The position numbers and the translations under genes are program-made. A DNA stretch of 54,776 nt, from positions 1 through 54,776 of IMG/VR virus record IMGVR_UViG_3300013132_000063. One strand, given 5' to 3'. The notes beneath the pieces were generated by a model. It was not told the DNA's origin and did not search any database. It worked only from the letters and a program-made list of their open reading frames with translations. Numbering within the stretch: position 1 is the first letter of the stretch; the number at the start of each line of letters is the position of its first letter. This stretch comes from a virus (Duplodnaviria; Caudoviricetes). Of the stretch, positions 1 through 18,660 are shown piece after piece.

Positions 1-980
<980 letters not shown>

Positions 981-981
<1 letters not shown>

Positions 982-1154
982 TGAGAGACTTCCTTAGAGA
1001 CGTTTTAGACCAAGTCTGGACATTGCTAGGTATGTTTATTGCTTGGCTAGTGCTTGATGGGTCTGCTAAAACTGTCGTAGGTTGGGCAATTGTCTTCTCA
1101 ATGGTCGTGTGGTGGGCTACATACCCAATTAGACGCGACAGAGAAGAAGAATAG
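981..1154 (+). CDS. Small two-TM membrane protein, 57 aa (not in ORF track)
   Basis: GTG at 981 overlaps the upstream TAG; MRDFLRDVLDQVWTLLGMFIAWLVLDGSAKTVVGWAIVFSMVVWWATYPIRRDREEE has two hydrophobic segments. Confidence 0.75.
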
Positions 1155-1174
1155 ACTTCTAAGTAATAAGTTAT

Positions 1175-1207
1175 CCTATATTCATTGTATTTAATACATG
1201 AATATGG
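1175..1207. promoter_or_regulatory. Near-perfect palindrome just upstream of the RBS of the tandem-HTH gene
   Basis: ATATTCAT(T)GTATT-T-AATACATGAATAT (1178-1205), followed by GGAGA at 1206-1210. Confidence 0.55.
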
Positions 1208-1214
1208 AGATGTA

Positions 1215-1673
1215 ATGAGCGACTTAGTTGCTGAGTATAAAGCCAAGATTGAGCCATTTTTTCCTTTGGCTAAAAAAGCCTATGGTTCTAGAGGTCAAAA
1301 TACCCCTGCTCACAAAGCCAGCCGAGAGTACACAAAACTACTAGTTGAGTTTTCAGAGCGTGGCGGGAGCCTTCCAGAACTGGCAAAGGCTTTGGGAGTT
1401 GCATATCCAGGACTTAGACGCAGGGTGATTATGGAAAGCGTCTCAATTACAAAAGTAAAGCCAAAAAGAAAAGCGAATAAATCAGAACTACCTGCTGCTA
1501 TTGAAAGAGTTAGAGTTGCTCGTCAGTCAAAAGATGTAAATGCTTATCACGACCAACTAGCAGAAGAATACAGAAATGGATTTTCTCTACAAGATATTGC
1601 TAAAGGTCTTGGACTTGGCTCAGCCGCACCACTTTATTATGGAGCACAACGCAGTCTACAAAAAGGCGAGTAA
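1215..1673 (+). CDS. Tandem helix-turn-helix DNA-binding protein; candidate terminase small subunit or regulator
   Basis: Two similar HTH-like units (GGSLPELAKALGV; GFSLQDIAKGLGL); GGAGA RBS favours ATG 1215; lies directly before terL. Confidence 0.6.
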   Translation: MSDLVAEYKAKIEPFFPLAKKAYGSRGQNTPAHKASREYTKLLVEFSERGGSLPELAKALGVAYPGLRRRVIMESVSITKVKPKRKANKSELPAAIERVRVARQSKDVNAYHDQLAEEYRNGFSLQDIAKGLGLGSAAPLYYGAQRSLQKGE

Positions 1674-1676
1674 CTA

Positions 1677-3086
1677 ATGGGCAAAAGCCTAATGGAGATA
1701 ATTGCACAATTACCTCCAGAAGAAAAAGAACTTGCGCTTTCTGGAATGAATCCAGAGACTCTCAACTGGGACTGGCGTGCTTGGGGTAGACCAGAGCAGA
1801 TTGCTCCTGAAGGAAATTGGAATATCTGGGTATATCTTGCTGGTCGTGGTGCTGGTAAGACTCGTGCCGCAGCAGAATGGGTTCGTGAAGAAGCAAAATA
1901 TACAAACACTGGACAAAGACGTTTTGCTTTAGTTGCTCGTACCGCAGCCGATGTTCGTGACGTTATTGTTGAAGGTGAATCTGGAATTATGAATGTTTCA
2001 GCACCGAGCGAAAAACCTTTGTATGAACCATCTAAACGACGCCTTACATGGCCTAATGGAAATACCGCAACTTGTTTTACCGCAGATGAACCTGACTCAC
2101 TTCGTGGTCCTCAATTTACACATTCATGGGGTGATGAGGTAGCCGCATGGAGACAAACACCTGATGCCGCAGGTATGACCGCATTTGATAATTTGCGTGT
2201 TGGAACTCGTCTTGGTGCTAATCCAAGAATTATGGTGACTACAACTCCTAAAAGAGTTCCACTTCTTTATCAACTTATTGAAGAGTCAAACAAAACTGGA
2301 AAAGTTGTTATTACTCGTGGTTCAACTATGGACAACAGAGGAAATCTAAGCGAAGCATATCTAGAGACAATTCTTGGTGTTTATGAAGGAACTCATCTGG
2401 CTAGGCAAGAACTTTATGGTGAAATGCTTGACACCATTGAAGGTGCACTATGGACTTTAGAACTTATTGAGTCTGGAAGAGAAAAAGTTATGCCAGCACA
2501 GGCTCCACTCAGAGTTATTGGCGTAGACCCGTCTGTTGCTGAAAACCCTAGAGATGCTTGTGGAATAGTTGTCTGTGCTTCTACTGCTGATAGAGATTTA
2601 TACAAACGCCACGCTTGGGTTCTTGAAGATGCAACAATTCATGGCTCTCCAGAAGTCTGGGCAAATAAAGTTGTTGCTATGGCACGCAAATGGGGTGCGC
2701 CAGTTGTTGCTGAAGTAAACCAAGGTGGTGCTTTGGTTACTAATGCAATTAACGCTATTGACCCAAATGTAAAAGTTTTTGAAGTTCACTCAAAGCACGG
2801 AAAACAACTTAGAGCAGAGCCAGTGGTTCTAGCCTATGAACAACATAGAGTTCATCACGTTAACTATCTAGCCGAACTAGAAGACCAAATGTCTGCTTGG
2901 ATTCCAGGAGAAGGTAAATCTCCAGACCGAGTTGACGCACTTGTACACGCAATGACTGCGCTACTTATCAAACCACCGCAAGGATTTATTGGCGGAAAAC
3001 TTACCGCAAAGTCTCCAGCATCACGAAGAATTCCTGGAGTTAGAAATAGTAATACTGGTGGAGCAAGAGTATTTAGACCTCGCTAG
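1677..3086 (+). CDS. terL: Terminase large subunit
   Basis: Walker A AGRGAGKT, LRGPQF, Walker B WGDE, motif III VTTTP, nuclease motifs IGVDP, VAEVNQGG and SPDRVDA. Confidence 0.93.
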   Translation: MGKSLMEIIAQLPPEEKELALSGMNPETLNWDWRAWGRPEQIAPEGNWNIWVYLAGRGAGKTRAAAEWVREEAKYTNTGQRRFALVARTAADVRDVIVEGESGIMNVSAPSEKPLYEPSKRRLTWPNGNTATCFTADEPDSLRGPQFTHSWGDEVAAWRQTPDAAGMTAFDNLRVGTRLGANPRIMVTTTPKRVPLLYQLIEESNKTGKVVITRGSTMDNRGNLSEAYLETILGVYEGTHLARQELYGEMLDTIEGALWTLELIESGREKVMPAQAPLRVIGVDPSVAENPRDACGIVVCASTADRDLYKRHAWVLEDATIHGSPEVWANKVVAMARKWGAPVVAEVNQGGALVTNAINAIDPNVKVFEVHSKHGKQLRAEPVVLAYEQHRVHHVNYLAELEDQMSAWIPGEGKSPDRVDALVHAMTALLIKPPQGFIGGKLTAKSPASRRIPGVRNSNTGGARVFRPR

Positions 3087-5731
3087 AGCCTTGCGATTCT
3101 AGAAGCAGAACCCCAATCAACTTCTCCAGTAGGAACAATTCTTGGAACTTGCGAACGCCCTGTAATAATTGCTCGTGAGCCAGAACCAACAACTGGAAGG
3201 TTTCTATCACGCAGTTTGCGGTCAAAGGCAACTTGAGTCATAGGACGCTCACCGCGTTCTTCGCTCCAAATTCGATAAGTTGTATATAAATCTTTTACTG
3301 CAATAGAGTGCTCTGGATTTTCATTTGTTTCTTCAGATAAAAATAATCCAATTCTGTCTTCATTCTTCCTGTAAATTTCAGCCGCTTCACTTACAATACG
3401 GCACCAACCTAAACCATCACGAGCGCTAGAACCTAATACTTTTATTGCACCCTCAACTGCCCAAGCAAGAACAGCAGTAAGTGCACCATCTGGGTCAAAA
3501 ATATATTCTTTCAAATCAGGGTCTGGATTTTCTGGAACATGAATAAATGGAATAGGACGAATACGACGCCACATAGCATCGTCAGTAATAATTGGTCTAT
3601 GGTTTGTTGAGACCCAAAGTTTTGCTTTTGATTCAAAAGTAAATGGACGCTCTCCAGGAGAACGAGCAGAGATTTCAGATGAACCAGTCAACTTCTTTAC
3701 AGAGTTTTCTTTCATTCGTTCTGAGTCTGGAAGTTCATCTACCCAAACGACACGACGACCACGCAACTCAGCCCAGTGGTAAAGGTCCTGAGCATTTGCT
3801 CTTCCATCGCTTTGAGCAAGAATACTTGAGTCAAGAGGCCACGCATATTGCTTAGTTCCTAAGCACTTTACTAACGCTTCAACAAAAGTATTTTTACCAG
3901 AACCAGGAGGACCATAAACTAAAAACATAATGTCATATTTACGAGAACCAGTAAGAGAATAACCAGCCGCACGTTGAAGCCAGTCTTGGTATTCCTTATC
4001 TCCACCAGTAGCGTAGTCAAGGAATTGTTCCCAACGGACATCTTTCTGTCCACGAATATAGCCAACTGGAGCACGGCGAGTAATAAATAAATCTGGTCTG
4101 TTTTGCCATAGTTCACCAGTCCTAAGATTTATAACCCCGTTCATAACACCCATAAGATTTTCGTCTTTGTCCCAATGCTCAACGGGAACAACAATTCGTG
4201 GGTCAGAGTTAGCGGTATCAATGGTTGACCTAATTCTTGCCAAAGACTTTGATTGAGCAGCCCACTTGACAATTTCTCCTTGCTTGGCAGCATCGTCTTG
4301 GTAATAAACAGTTTCTGAAGCAATCATTGCTGGAATGCGTTTGGAGAGTTCTCGTACCTCAAGTTGCTCAGGGTCTGGCGTCCAATAGCCATTATTCCAA
4401 TGAAACCAGCCAAGACCTTCGGTATAGCGAATTACATCTTTGTAAGTATCAACTAAACGACGGCCATTTCCAATATCAGTAAGACTTCGCTGAAACTCAG
4501 AGCCACCATCTTGAATAGAAATAGCATCAACATCTTTAGGGATATTGAGATTGTCAGAAGAGTAAGCCTGTTCAATTGTTTGGCCTTGATGGATAGCATC
4601 CATAATTGCTTGACCGCGAAGACTTGTTGGTGCTAATTGAGCAGGAGGCTGAACTACTCCAAGTATTGGAGCAGTTTGTACTTCATCACTTTTTTGCTTT
4701 TGTTGAATTGTAGAACGTGATTCGTTTTGGCTTTTTTGCGCCCACTCGCTAAGACCTGGATACAAACGATTTATTTTTGGATTCTTACGAACAAAGTCAA
4801 TAGCACGACGAGTGTGCATCATTACGCTGTTAGTTCCTTCAAGCGGCATTGGTGGACGAACTTTTTCCGCATTGAAACGAATCATCAAAGATTCAACAGC
4901 AAGACGACCTGCTTCAGTTTCTACAGGAAACTTATTTGCTAAAGCACAAGCAAGTTCGTAAAGACCTACAGCACGATTACCTTCGTCAATTCCGTCTTCA
5001 AGAATTTTTTCAATATCAACTTTTCTGCCAGAAAACTCAAGGTCATCAAATATAGATTCCCAGTCGCCAGTTCCAATAGATGTAGAACCCTTGCTTGAGC
5101 CACGCTTCCTAAGAAACTTTAGTAACTCTTCAGGTGCTTCTGCCATTTCAATTTGGTCTGGACGTTTTCCATCTACCCACTCATAACACTGACCTGAAAA
5201 GTGACGTGATGGAGCAATAAGCACATATCCGTTGTGCTTGATATCAATTCCTTTTAGACCAGCCTTAGATAAGTTTCCAAGTAAATCTTCTGATTCGTCA
5301 CACTTGTAAAACAAGTGACGACCACGCAAAACTTTTCCATTACCAATCGTGTATTCGCCAGTTGTAGCCTCAATAGTTGGCGGTAGTGCGCCTTCAACTA
5401 ACGCTTCAAACTTTTCAAAAGACTCAGAGCCACCACCACGAGGGTCAATATCAATTACAAAAAATCCACTAGGACGGCAATAAACGCCAACATTGTAATC
5501 AGGGTTTTGTTCCCAATAACGTAATAAATCATTTACATCAGAAGTAGCGGCAGAGTTCCATCCATTTATTGCTGGATGTTTTCCTTTGTCTTTTGGTTCA
5601 GCATGGGAAGAGTTACAAGTACAACGACCATCTAAAGTTATTCCGTGACATGGAAGAATTTTCCAACCAAGACCTGCATACCAAGATGCTGATGGAGCAA
5701 GTTTTCCTGTAGCGTAATCGTGAGCGCTCAT
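3083..5731 (-). CDS. Bifunctional primase-polymerase fused to D5/P4-type SF3 helicase
   Basis: N-terminal Prim-Pol motifs (GKHP, NVG, VIDID, GRHLFY, GYVLIAPSRH); LTDIGNGRRL D5_N region; Walker A GPPGSGKNT, WVDE, STNHRP, AMWRR. Confidence 0.9.
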   Translation of the reverse strand: MSAHDYATGKLAPSASWYAGLGWKILPCHGITLDGRCTCNSSHAEPKDKGKHPAINGWNSAATSDVNDLLRYWEQNPDYNVGVYCRPSGFFVIDIDPRGGGSESFEKFEALVEGALPPTIEATTGEYTIGNGKVLRGRHLFYKCDESEDLLGNLSKAGLKGIDIKHNGYVLIAPSRHFSGQCYEWVDGKRPDQIEMAEAPEELLKFLRKRGSSKGSTSIGTGDWESIFDDLEFSGRKVDIEKILEDGIDEGNRAVGLYELACALANKFPVETEAGRLAVESLMIRFNAEKVRPPMPLEGTNSVMMHTRRAIDFVRKNPKINRLYPGLSEWAQKSQNESRSTIQQKQKSDEVQTAPILGVVQPPAQLAPTSLRGQAIMDAIHQGQTIEQAYSSDNLNIPKDVDAISIQDGGSEFQRSLTDIGNGRRLVDTYKDVIRYTEGLGWFHWNNGYWTPDPEQLEVRELSKRIPAMIASETVYYQDDAAKQGEIVKWAAQSKSLARIRSTIDTANSDPRIVVPVEHWDKDENLMGVMNGVINLRTGELWQNRPDLFITRRAPVGYIRGQKDVRWEQFLDYATGGDKEYQDWLQRAAGYSLTGSRKYDIMFLVYGPPGSGKNTFVEALVKCLGTKQYAWPLDSSILAQSDGRANAQDLYHWAELRGRRVVWVDELPDSERMKENSVKKLTGSSEISARSPGERPFTFESKAKLWVSTNHRPIITDDAMWRRIRPIPFIHVPENPDPDLKEYIFDPDGALTAVLAWAVEGAIKVLGSSARDGLGWCRIVSEAAEIYRKNEDRIGLFLSEETNENPEHSIAVKDLYTTYRIWSEERGERPMTQVAFDRKLRDRNLPVVGSGSRAIITGRSQVPRIVPTGEVDWGSASRIARL

Positions 5732-5952
5732 TTAGCACCGCTAACAAGATTTTTTGTTTCTAAATACAAAGAGTTGAACCATTTTTCGGCATCATCTTTT
5801 AGTATGTAAACACGCTCTCTGCCAGTCTCTGTCTTTGTTTTTATTGCTGGCAATTCGCCCATCCAGATGGCTCGTGAAATAACTCGTGGCGGAAGTCCGT
5901 ACTCCATGGCTGTCGCTCTTATACTGAGCCGTCTTTGATTGGCCTCTTGCAC
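5728..5952 (-). CDS. Small excisionase-like winged-HTH DNA-binding protein
   Basis: LSIRATAMEYGL...GELPA...RVYI pattern; 4-nt overlap with the primase start; GGGAGG RBS. Confidence 0.7.
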   Translation of the reverse strand: MQEANQRRLSIRATAMEYGLPPRVISRAIWMGELPAIKTKTETGRERVYILKDDAEKWFNSLYLETKNLVSGAK

Positions 5953-6141
5953 AATAAATTCCTCCCCCTAAAACAGATGGCAATTTTGGCGAATTTGAAT
6001 CATTTCGTCAACATAGCAACTATACATTTCTACAAAGAAATTTTACCCTGAACTCGCCAAATAACACAGTAATATAAAAATAACTGTTATTCAAGTATGG
6101 AAGAATAGTCTCTTGTTCCCTTCTAGAGAAATAGTTGACTG

Positions 6142-6492
6142 ATGGTTGAAAATATGGTTTTATCAGAACTCTTGTTCATTATTGGCGCAATCACTGCCGT
6201 AGGAAGTTTCTTCTATGCCATGTATAGAATAGCAAGGCGTATTGATAATGCCATTGGAGTAGACAGCCAAGGTCGTACTCTATCAGAGCGAATGGATAAA
6301 GTTGAGTATCAACTTTGGCCAAATAATGGCTCATCTTTGGCAGACAAAGTAGACAGACTAGACAAAAATATGACAGAAAATAGTTCAGAAGTACGCATAG
6401 TTAAAGAACTTGTAATGATTATGGTTCAGTCACATCAAGAAGCCACAGAAAAGAAAACTCGCTCAAAAAAATCTCTTAAAAGCGTACAATAA
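6142..6492 (+). CDS. Membrane-anchored protein, one N-terminal TM followed by a coiled region; possibly lysis-associated
   Basis: LLFIIGAITAVGSFFYAMY hydrophobic segment; PNNGSSLADKVDRL. Confidence 0.6.
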   Translation: MVENMVLSELLFIIGAITAVGSFFYAMYRIARRIDNAIGVDSQGRTLSERMDKVEYQLWPNNGSSLADKVDRLDKNMTENSSEVRIVKELVMIMVQSHQEATEKKTRSKKSLKSVQ

Positions 6493-6629
6493 TCTTACGC
6501 TCAAATAGTCAAGTAGGCGACACGCCAAAAGTTTAGATACTTCACAAACTCTCCACTTTAGGGTTAGACTAACAGTCACCTAACCAAGTCACGTTAGTGG
6601 CTGGGTTTTATAGACTATCGGGGGTAAAA

Positions 6630-7046
6630 GTGGGACTAGCCGAAAGATTAATAAATATAGACCCCACAGTTCCAGGACTACCATGTGGAGTTATGAAGAT
6701 TTTACAACAAATCAACGGGGCAGATAGACAAGCGTTACAAAATATTATGGATATGCGCTCATATCCTATTGGAGTATCTAACAGACAAATACACGCAATT
6801 TTATTAGACGAAGGTTATGACATAGCATTTGCTTCTGTAAGACTTCATAGAAGTAAACAATGCAGGTGTTATGTAGGCAAATACAGCGAAAAGCGGATGA
6901 TGATTTCTGCCGCAACAGCCGTTGATGTAGAACTTGCTGCTTCTACTCCTAGGAAAAAAGTTGCTTCTCGTAAGCCTAAAACAAAAAATAAACCAAAACC
7001 AAAAACAAAGCCAAAGGCTAAAACAAAAACAACAAAGGGAAGATAG
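6630..7046 (+). CDS. Hypothetical protein with Cys/His motif (possible Zn site) and Lys-rich tail
   Basis: PCGV...RLHRSKQCRC; tail KPKTKNKPKPKTKPKAK; GGGGG RBS favours GTG 6630 over 6597. Confidence 0.65.
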   Translation: MGLAERLINIDPTVPGLPCGVMKILQQINGADRQALQNIMDMRSYPIGVSNRQIHAILLDEGYDIAFASVRLHRSKQCRCYVGKYSEKRMMISAATAVDVELAASTPRKKVASRKPKTKNKPKPKTKPKAKTKTTKGR

Positions 7047-7053
7047 GTAAATC

Positions 7054-8259
7054 GTGTCTCTCTCAGAGCGTTTTGAGAATCTAGTAAGTCCTGGAGTTAG
7101 CGGGTCTGATGTAAGACCTACTGAGTATCCAGACCCTACTTGGAAACCAAGAGTAGAAAGAGATGAAAAAAGCGCTTTTATTGTTGCCAAGCCTCAGCCA
7201 GTAGGAGAATTATCTGACTTCACTGAAATCATAAAAGAGGCTGGGCTAGACCCAGACCTCTGGATAGTTACAAACTATAAACATAGTAAATGGCAGATAT
7301 GGGGAGGAGATTGGCTTGAGTCAGTAAAACTCAGCGTAACTCCTGCTGATGTAATACAAAAAGAAGATTTGCTTGATGTAGAAAAACTTATAGACCAAAT
7401 TAAGAAATGGCGTCCTACAAATAAAAAACCTGTTACTGGAGATTTGTCTTATGTGTTTGCTCTTAGCGACCAGCAGATAGGTAAAAAAGCAGAGTTTGGT
7501 GGAACTCCAGAGTTTCTTCAAAGAGCCCTTGATTTGACTGATGATGCTGTAAATAGATTCAAAGAACTTAAAAAAATAGGTCGTCCTGTAGGAACAATAG
7601 TTATACCACTGCTAGGGGACCATGTTGAAGGAAACGTATCTCAGGCAGGAAGACTACAAAGTTATTCTGCTTCTGATTTAGGAGTTACAGAACAGAATCG
7701 AGTCGCAAGAAGGCTTTTAGAGAAACAAATCAAAGCATTTGCTGGGCTCTCAGAAAAAATCATTGTACCTGTAGTAAATGGAAATCACGATGAAGTTACT
7801 AGGCAGGTGAGTGTAAAACCAGGTGATGGTTGGAATGTTGAAATTGCTAGTCAAGTGCAGGATATATGTAAAGAAAACGAATTTTTAAGAGACCACGTCG
7901 AGTTTAGATATCCGCATGACAGGCATCAAACTTTGGCAATAGAGATAAATGGATTTTGGTTGGGGCTATTTCATGGACATCAATACAGCGGTGCTAACGC
8001 TAAAAAGTATTTAGAAGGACAGGCTGTAGGACAAACCCCGCTTGGAAGTTGTGACTTGTGGCTGTCTGGTCATTATCATCATTTTCAAGTTTTAGACCTA
8101 GGCCCTAGAACCTGGATTCAGTGTCCAACTATGGATGGTGGCTCTTCTTGGTTTAGGGACCGAAAAGGACTTGAGTCTCCCCCTGGAGTTCTAACTTTAG
8201 TGATAGGTAAGGACTATGACCCAAGAAGAGACCTATCAGTTCTTCGGGCTAAAAACTAA
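7054..8259 (+). CDS. Calcineurin-like (Mre11/SbcD-like) metallophosphoesterase
   Basis: Ordered motifs SDQQIG, LGDHVEG, NGNHDE, FHGH, SGHYHH. Confidence 0.88.
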   Translation: MSLSERFENLVSPGVSGSDVRPTEYPDPTWKPRVERDEKSAFIVAKPQPVGELSDFTEIIKEAGLDPDLWIVTNYKHSKWQIWGGDWLESVKLSVTPADVIQKEDLLDVEKLIDQIKKWRPTNKKPVTGDLSYVFALSDQQIGKKAEFGGTPEFLQRALDLTDDAVNRFKELKKIGRPVGTIVIPLLGDHVEGNVSQAGRLQSYSASDLGVTEQNRVARRLLEKQIKAFAGLSEKIIVPVVNGNHDEVTRQVSVKPGDGWNVEIASQVQDICKENEFLRDHVEFRYPHDRHQTLAIEINGFWLGLFHGHQYSGANAKKYLEGQAVGQTPLGSCDLWLSGHYHHFQVLDLGPRTWIQCPTMDGGSSWFRDRKGLESPPGVLTLVIGKDYDPRRDLSVLRAKN

Positions 8260-8424
8260 AATAACAACTGCCCAAAGAGCCTATAATTTGAATATAGCCT
8301 TGGTCTACCTATGGTATTTATGCGCTCAGACATAAGTAAGGGTGCCCAAAACGCCGTAAAATATACAAAGACTGGGACACTTGTCGACGTTTTTCGCACT
8401 TGAGAAAAGGTAACTTGGAGCGCT

Positions 8425-14272
<5,848 letters not shown>

Positions 14273-14275
14273 TAA

Positions 14276-16623
<2,348 letters not shown>

Positions 16624-16624
<1 letters not shown>

Positions 16625-17523
16625 TGTTAATTGCTCAACACGGAATATACAACGCAGTTGAAATTCCATTTACCGCATCTTCATGGGCTCAGCAGACTTC
16701 TCCATTTGGCTCAAGCAATGTCAATGACCTTACCCATAGCGGAAGTCTTTATGTTGCTGTTGCCAATGATGGAAAACTTGCTACTTCAACAAACGCAACT
16801 TCTTGGACTTTGAGAACCTCATCTTTTGGAATTACTAGCATACTAAGCGTTGCTTATTTGAATAGCACATATTTTGCTGGTGGAAGTAGTGGAAAAATTG
16901 CTACATCTGCTAATGGAACAACATGGGTACAACAAACTTCTCCATTTGGAACAAGTGCTGTTGTTGGGTTTGCTTATTCTTCTGGTGCTGGTTTATATGT
17001 AGCAGTTGGAGCAGACGGAAAACTTGCTACATCATCTGATGGTTCTAGTTGGACACTTCGCACTTCATCATTTGGAACTTCTTATATTTATGATGTCACT
17101 GCTACAAATAGTTTATATGTTGCTGTTGGGCAAGGTGGAAAACTTGCTACTTCAGTAAATGGAACAACTTGGACACAGCAAGTATCTTCTTTTGCTACAA
17201 CTACTATTTACTCTGTAATACGAGGCGGAACTATTTTTGTTGCAGTTGGACAAAATGGAAAACTAGCAACCTCAGATGATGCTGAAAGTTGGACTCAACA
17301 TACTTCCTCATTTGGCTCATCTGACATATTAGATATTTCATATAACTCAGATGCTTATGTTGCTTGCGGTAACTCTGGAACGATAGCAACCTCTTTTAGT
17401 GGAACCGCTTGGACTCAGAGAAGTTCATCTTTTGGAACTACAAATATCAATGCTGTTGTGAAACTTGCTAACAGCGCAGTTGCTGTTGGTAACACTGGAA
17501 AAATCGCATTGGCAACGGCATAG
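16624..17523 (+). CDS. Beta-propeller (BNR/Asp-box-like repeat) protein, putative fibre tip
   Basis: About seven ~40-aa repeats YVAVGxxGKLATSxxGxxWTxxTSSFG; ATG 16624 overlaps the upstream TAA. Confidence 0.8.
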
Positions 17524-17532
17524 GAGACGAAA

Positions 17533-17688
17533 ATGCTATATACATATGAAATAACAGATAATCCACCAATGTGTAGAATTATCTTTGATGGTCAGGATTA
17601 TGACGTTTCTGGTCCCTGGGAATCCGTTGAAGCCGCAGAAAATTGGGCAACAGAGTTTGTTGCAAAGTTGAATAGTGAATTGGAGTAG
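17533..17688 (+). CDS. Small hypothetical protein, 51 aa (not in ORF track)
   Basis: AGGAG RBS then MLYTYEITDNPPMCRIIFDGQDYDVSGPWESVEAAENWATEFVAKLNSELE; fills the gap between two genes. Confidence 0.7.
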   Translation: MLYTYEITDNPPMCRIIFDGQDYDVSGPWESVEAAENWATEFVAKLNSELE

Positions 17689-17691
17689 TGA

Positions 17692-18660
17692 ATGCCAGCA
17701 ATTGATTTTCCCAATTCACCTACAGTAGGTCAGACTTTTAGCGCTGGCGGAAACGTCTGGCAATGGACTGGCACAGTTTGGCAAGTTGTTCGTGTTACTC
17801 CTACTGGTCCCACTGGTGCAACAGGTTTAACTGGTGCGACTGGACCTACGGGTCCTACTGGTTCTGCTGGTCAATTTACTGCTCAGGCTAATACTCCACC
17901 TGCGTCACCACTTGCTGGAGATGCGTGGTTTAACACTGAAGACGGAGCAGTTTATATCTACTATGACGACTACTGGGTAGAAATTGGAACCTCAGAGTTT
18001 GGTGGAGCAACTGGTCCAACTGGACCTGCTGGTGTAGCAGGAGCGGCTGGTCCAACTGGTCCAAGCGGTGGACCAACTGGTCCTACTGGTCCTGCTGGAA
18101 CTGGTGACACGGGTCCTACTGGCCCTGCAGGTGCTAATGGTGCTACAGGACCAACGGGTCCTGCCGGCGCAACTGGTCCGACAGGTGCAGGAGATACGGG
18201 TCCAACGGGACCTGCGGGAGGTACGGGTCCAACGGGACCTGCGGGAGGTACGGGTCCAACGGGACCGCAAGGACCACAAGGTGTTTCTATTACCTTCCAA
18301 GGTACAGTAGCAAGTGTTGGAAATCTTCCAAGTTCTGAAAACGATGTCAACGATGCTTACATTGTTGAAGCAGACGGAAATCTTTACGTCTGGGATGGTG
18401 ATTCTTGGAATGATGTTGGTCAGATTGTTGGTCCGATTGGACCTACTGGCGCAACAGGTCCTTCAGGCGTAGTTCAAACTATTTTTTATGGTTTAGATTT
18501 TGATGTTGCTGAAGGTAAACTATATGTAGATGATTATGTTGTTAATAGTTCTGGATATGTTTATAGTGAAGACTATGAAGAGTGGCTCTTGTCTGAAAAC
18601 ACTTTAACATTTTTATGGAATAATGATAAGCCTAGCCACCTTGCTCTGGAGGTAGAATAA
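17692..18660 (+). CDS. Collagen-like fibre protein 4 with C-terminal adaptor-like domain
   Basis: IDFPNSP module and GPT runs; last ~60 aa resemble the standalone ORF 25085-25324. Confidence 0.85.
   Translation: MPAIDFPNSPTVGQTFSAGGNVWQWTGTVWQVVRVTPTGPTGATGLTGATGPTGPTGSAGQFTAQANTPPASPLAGDAWFNTEDGAVYIYYDDYWVEIGTSEFGGATGPTGPAGVAGAAGPTGPSGGPTGPTGPAGTGDTGPTGPAGANGATGPTGPAGATGPTGAGDTGPTGPAGGTGPTGPAGGTGPTGPQGPQGVSITFQGTVASVGNLPSSENDVNDAYIVEADGNLYVWDGDSWNDVGQIVGPIGPTGATGPSGVVQTIFYGLDFDVAEGKLYVDDYVVNSSGYVYSEDYEEWLLSENTLTFLWNNDKPSHLALEVE

Noticed and set aside
5728-5952. Excisionase implying a prophage or temperate lifestyle
   Set aside because: No integrase, att site or host genes in the window; such HTH genes often accompany primases
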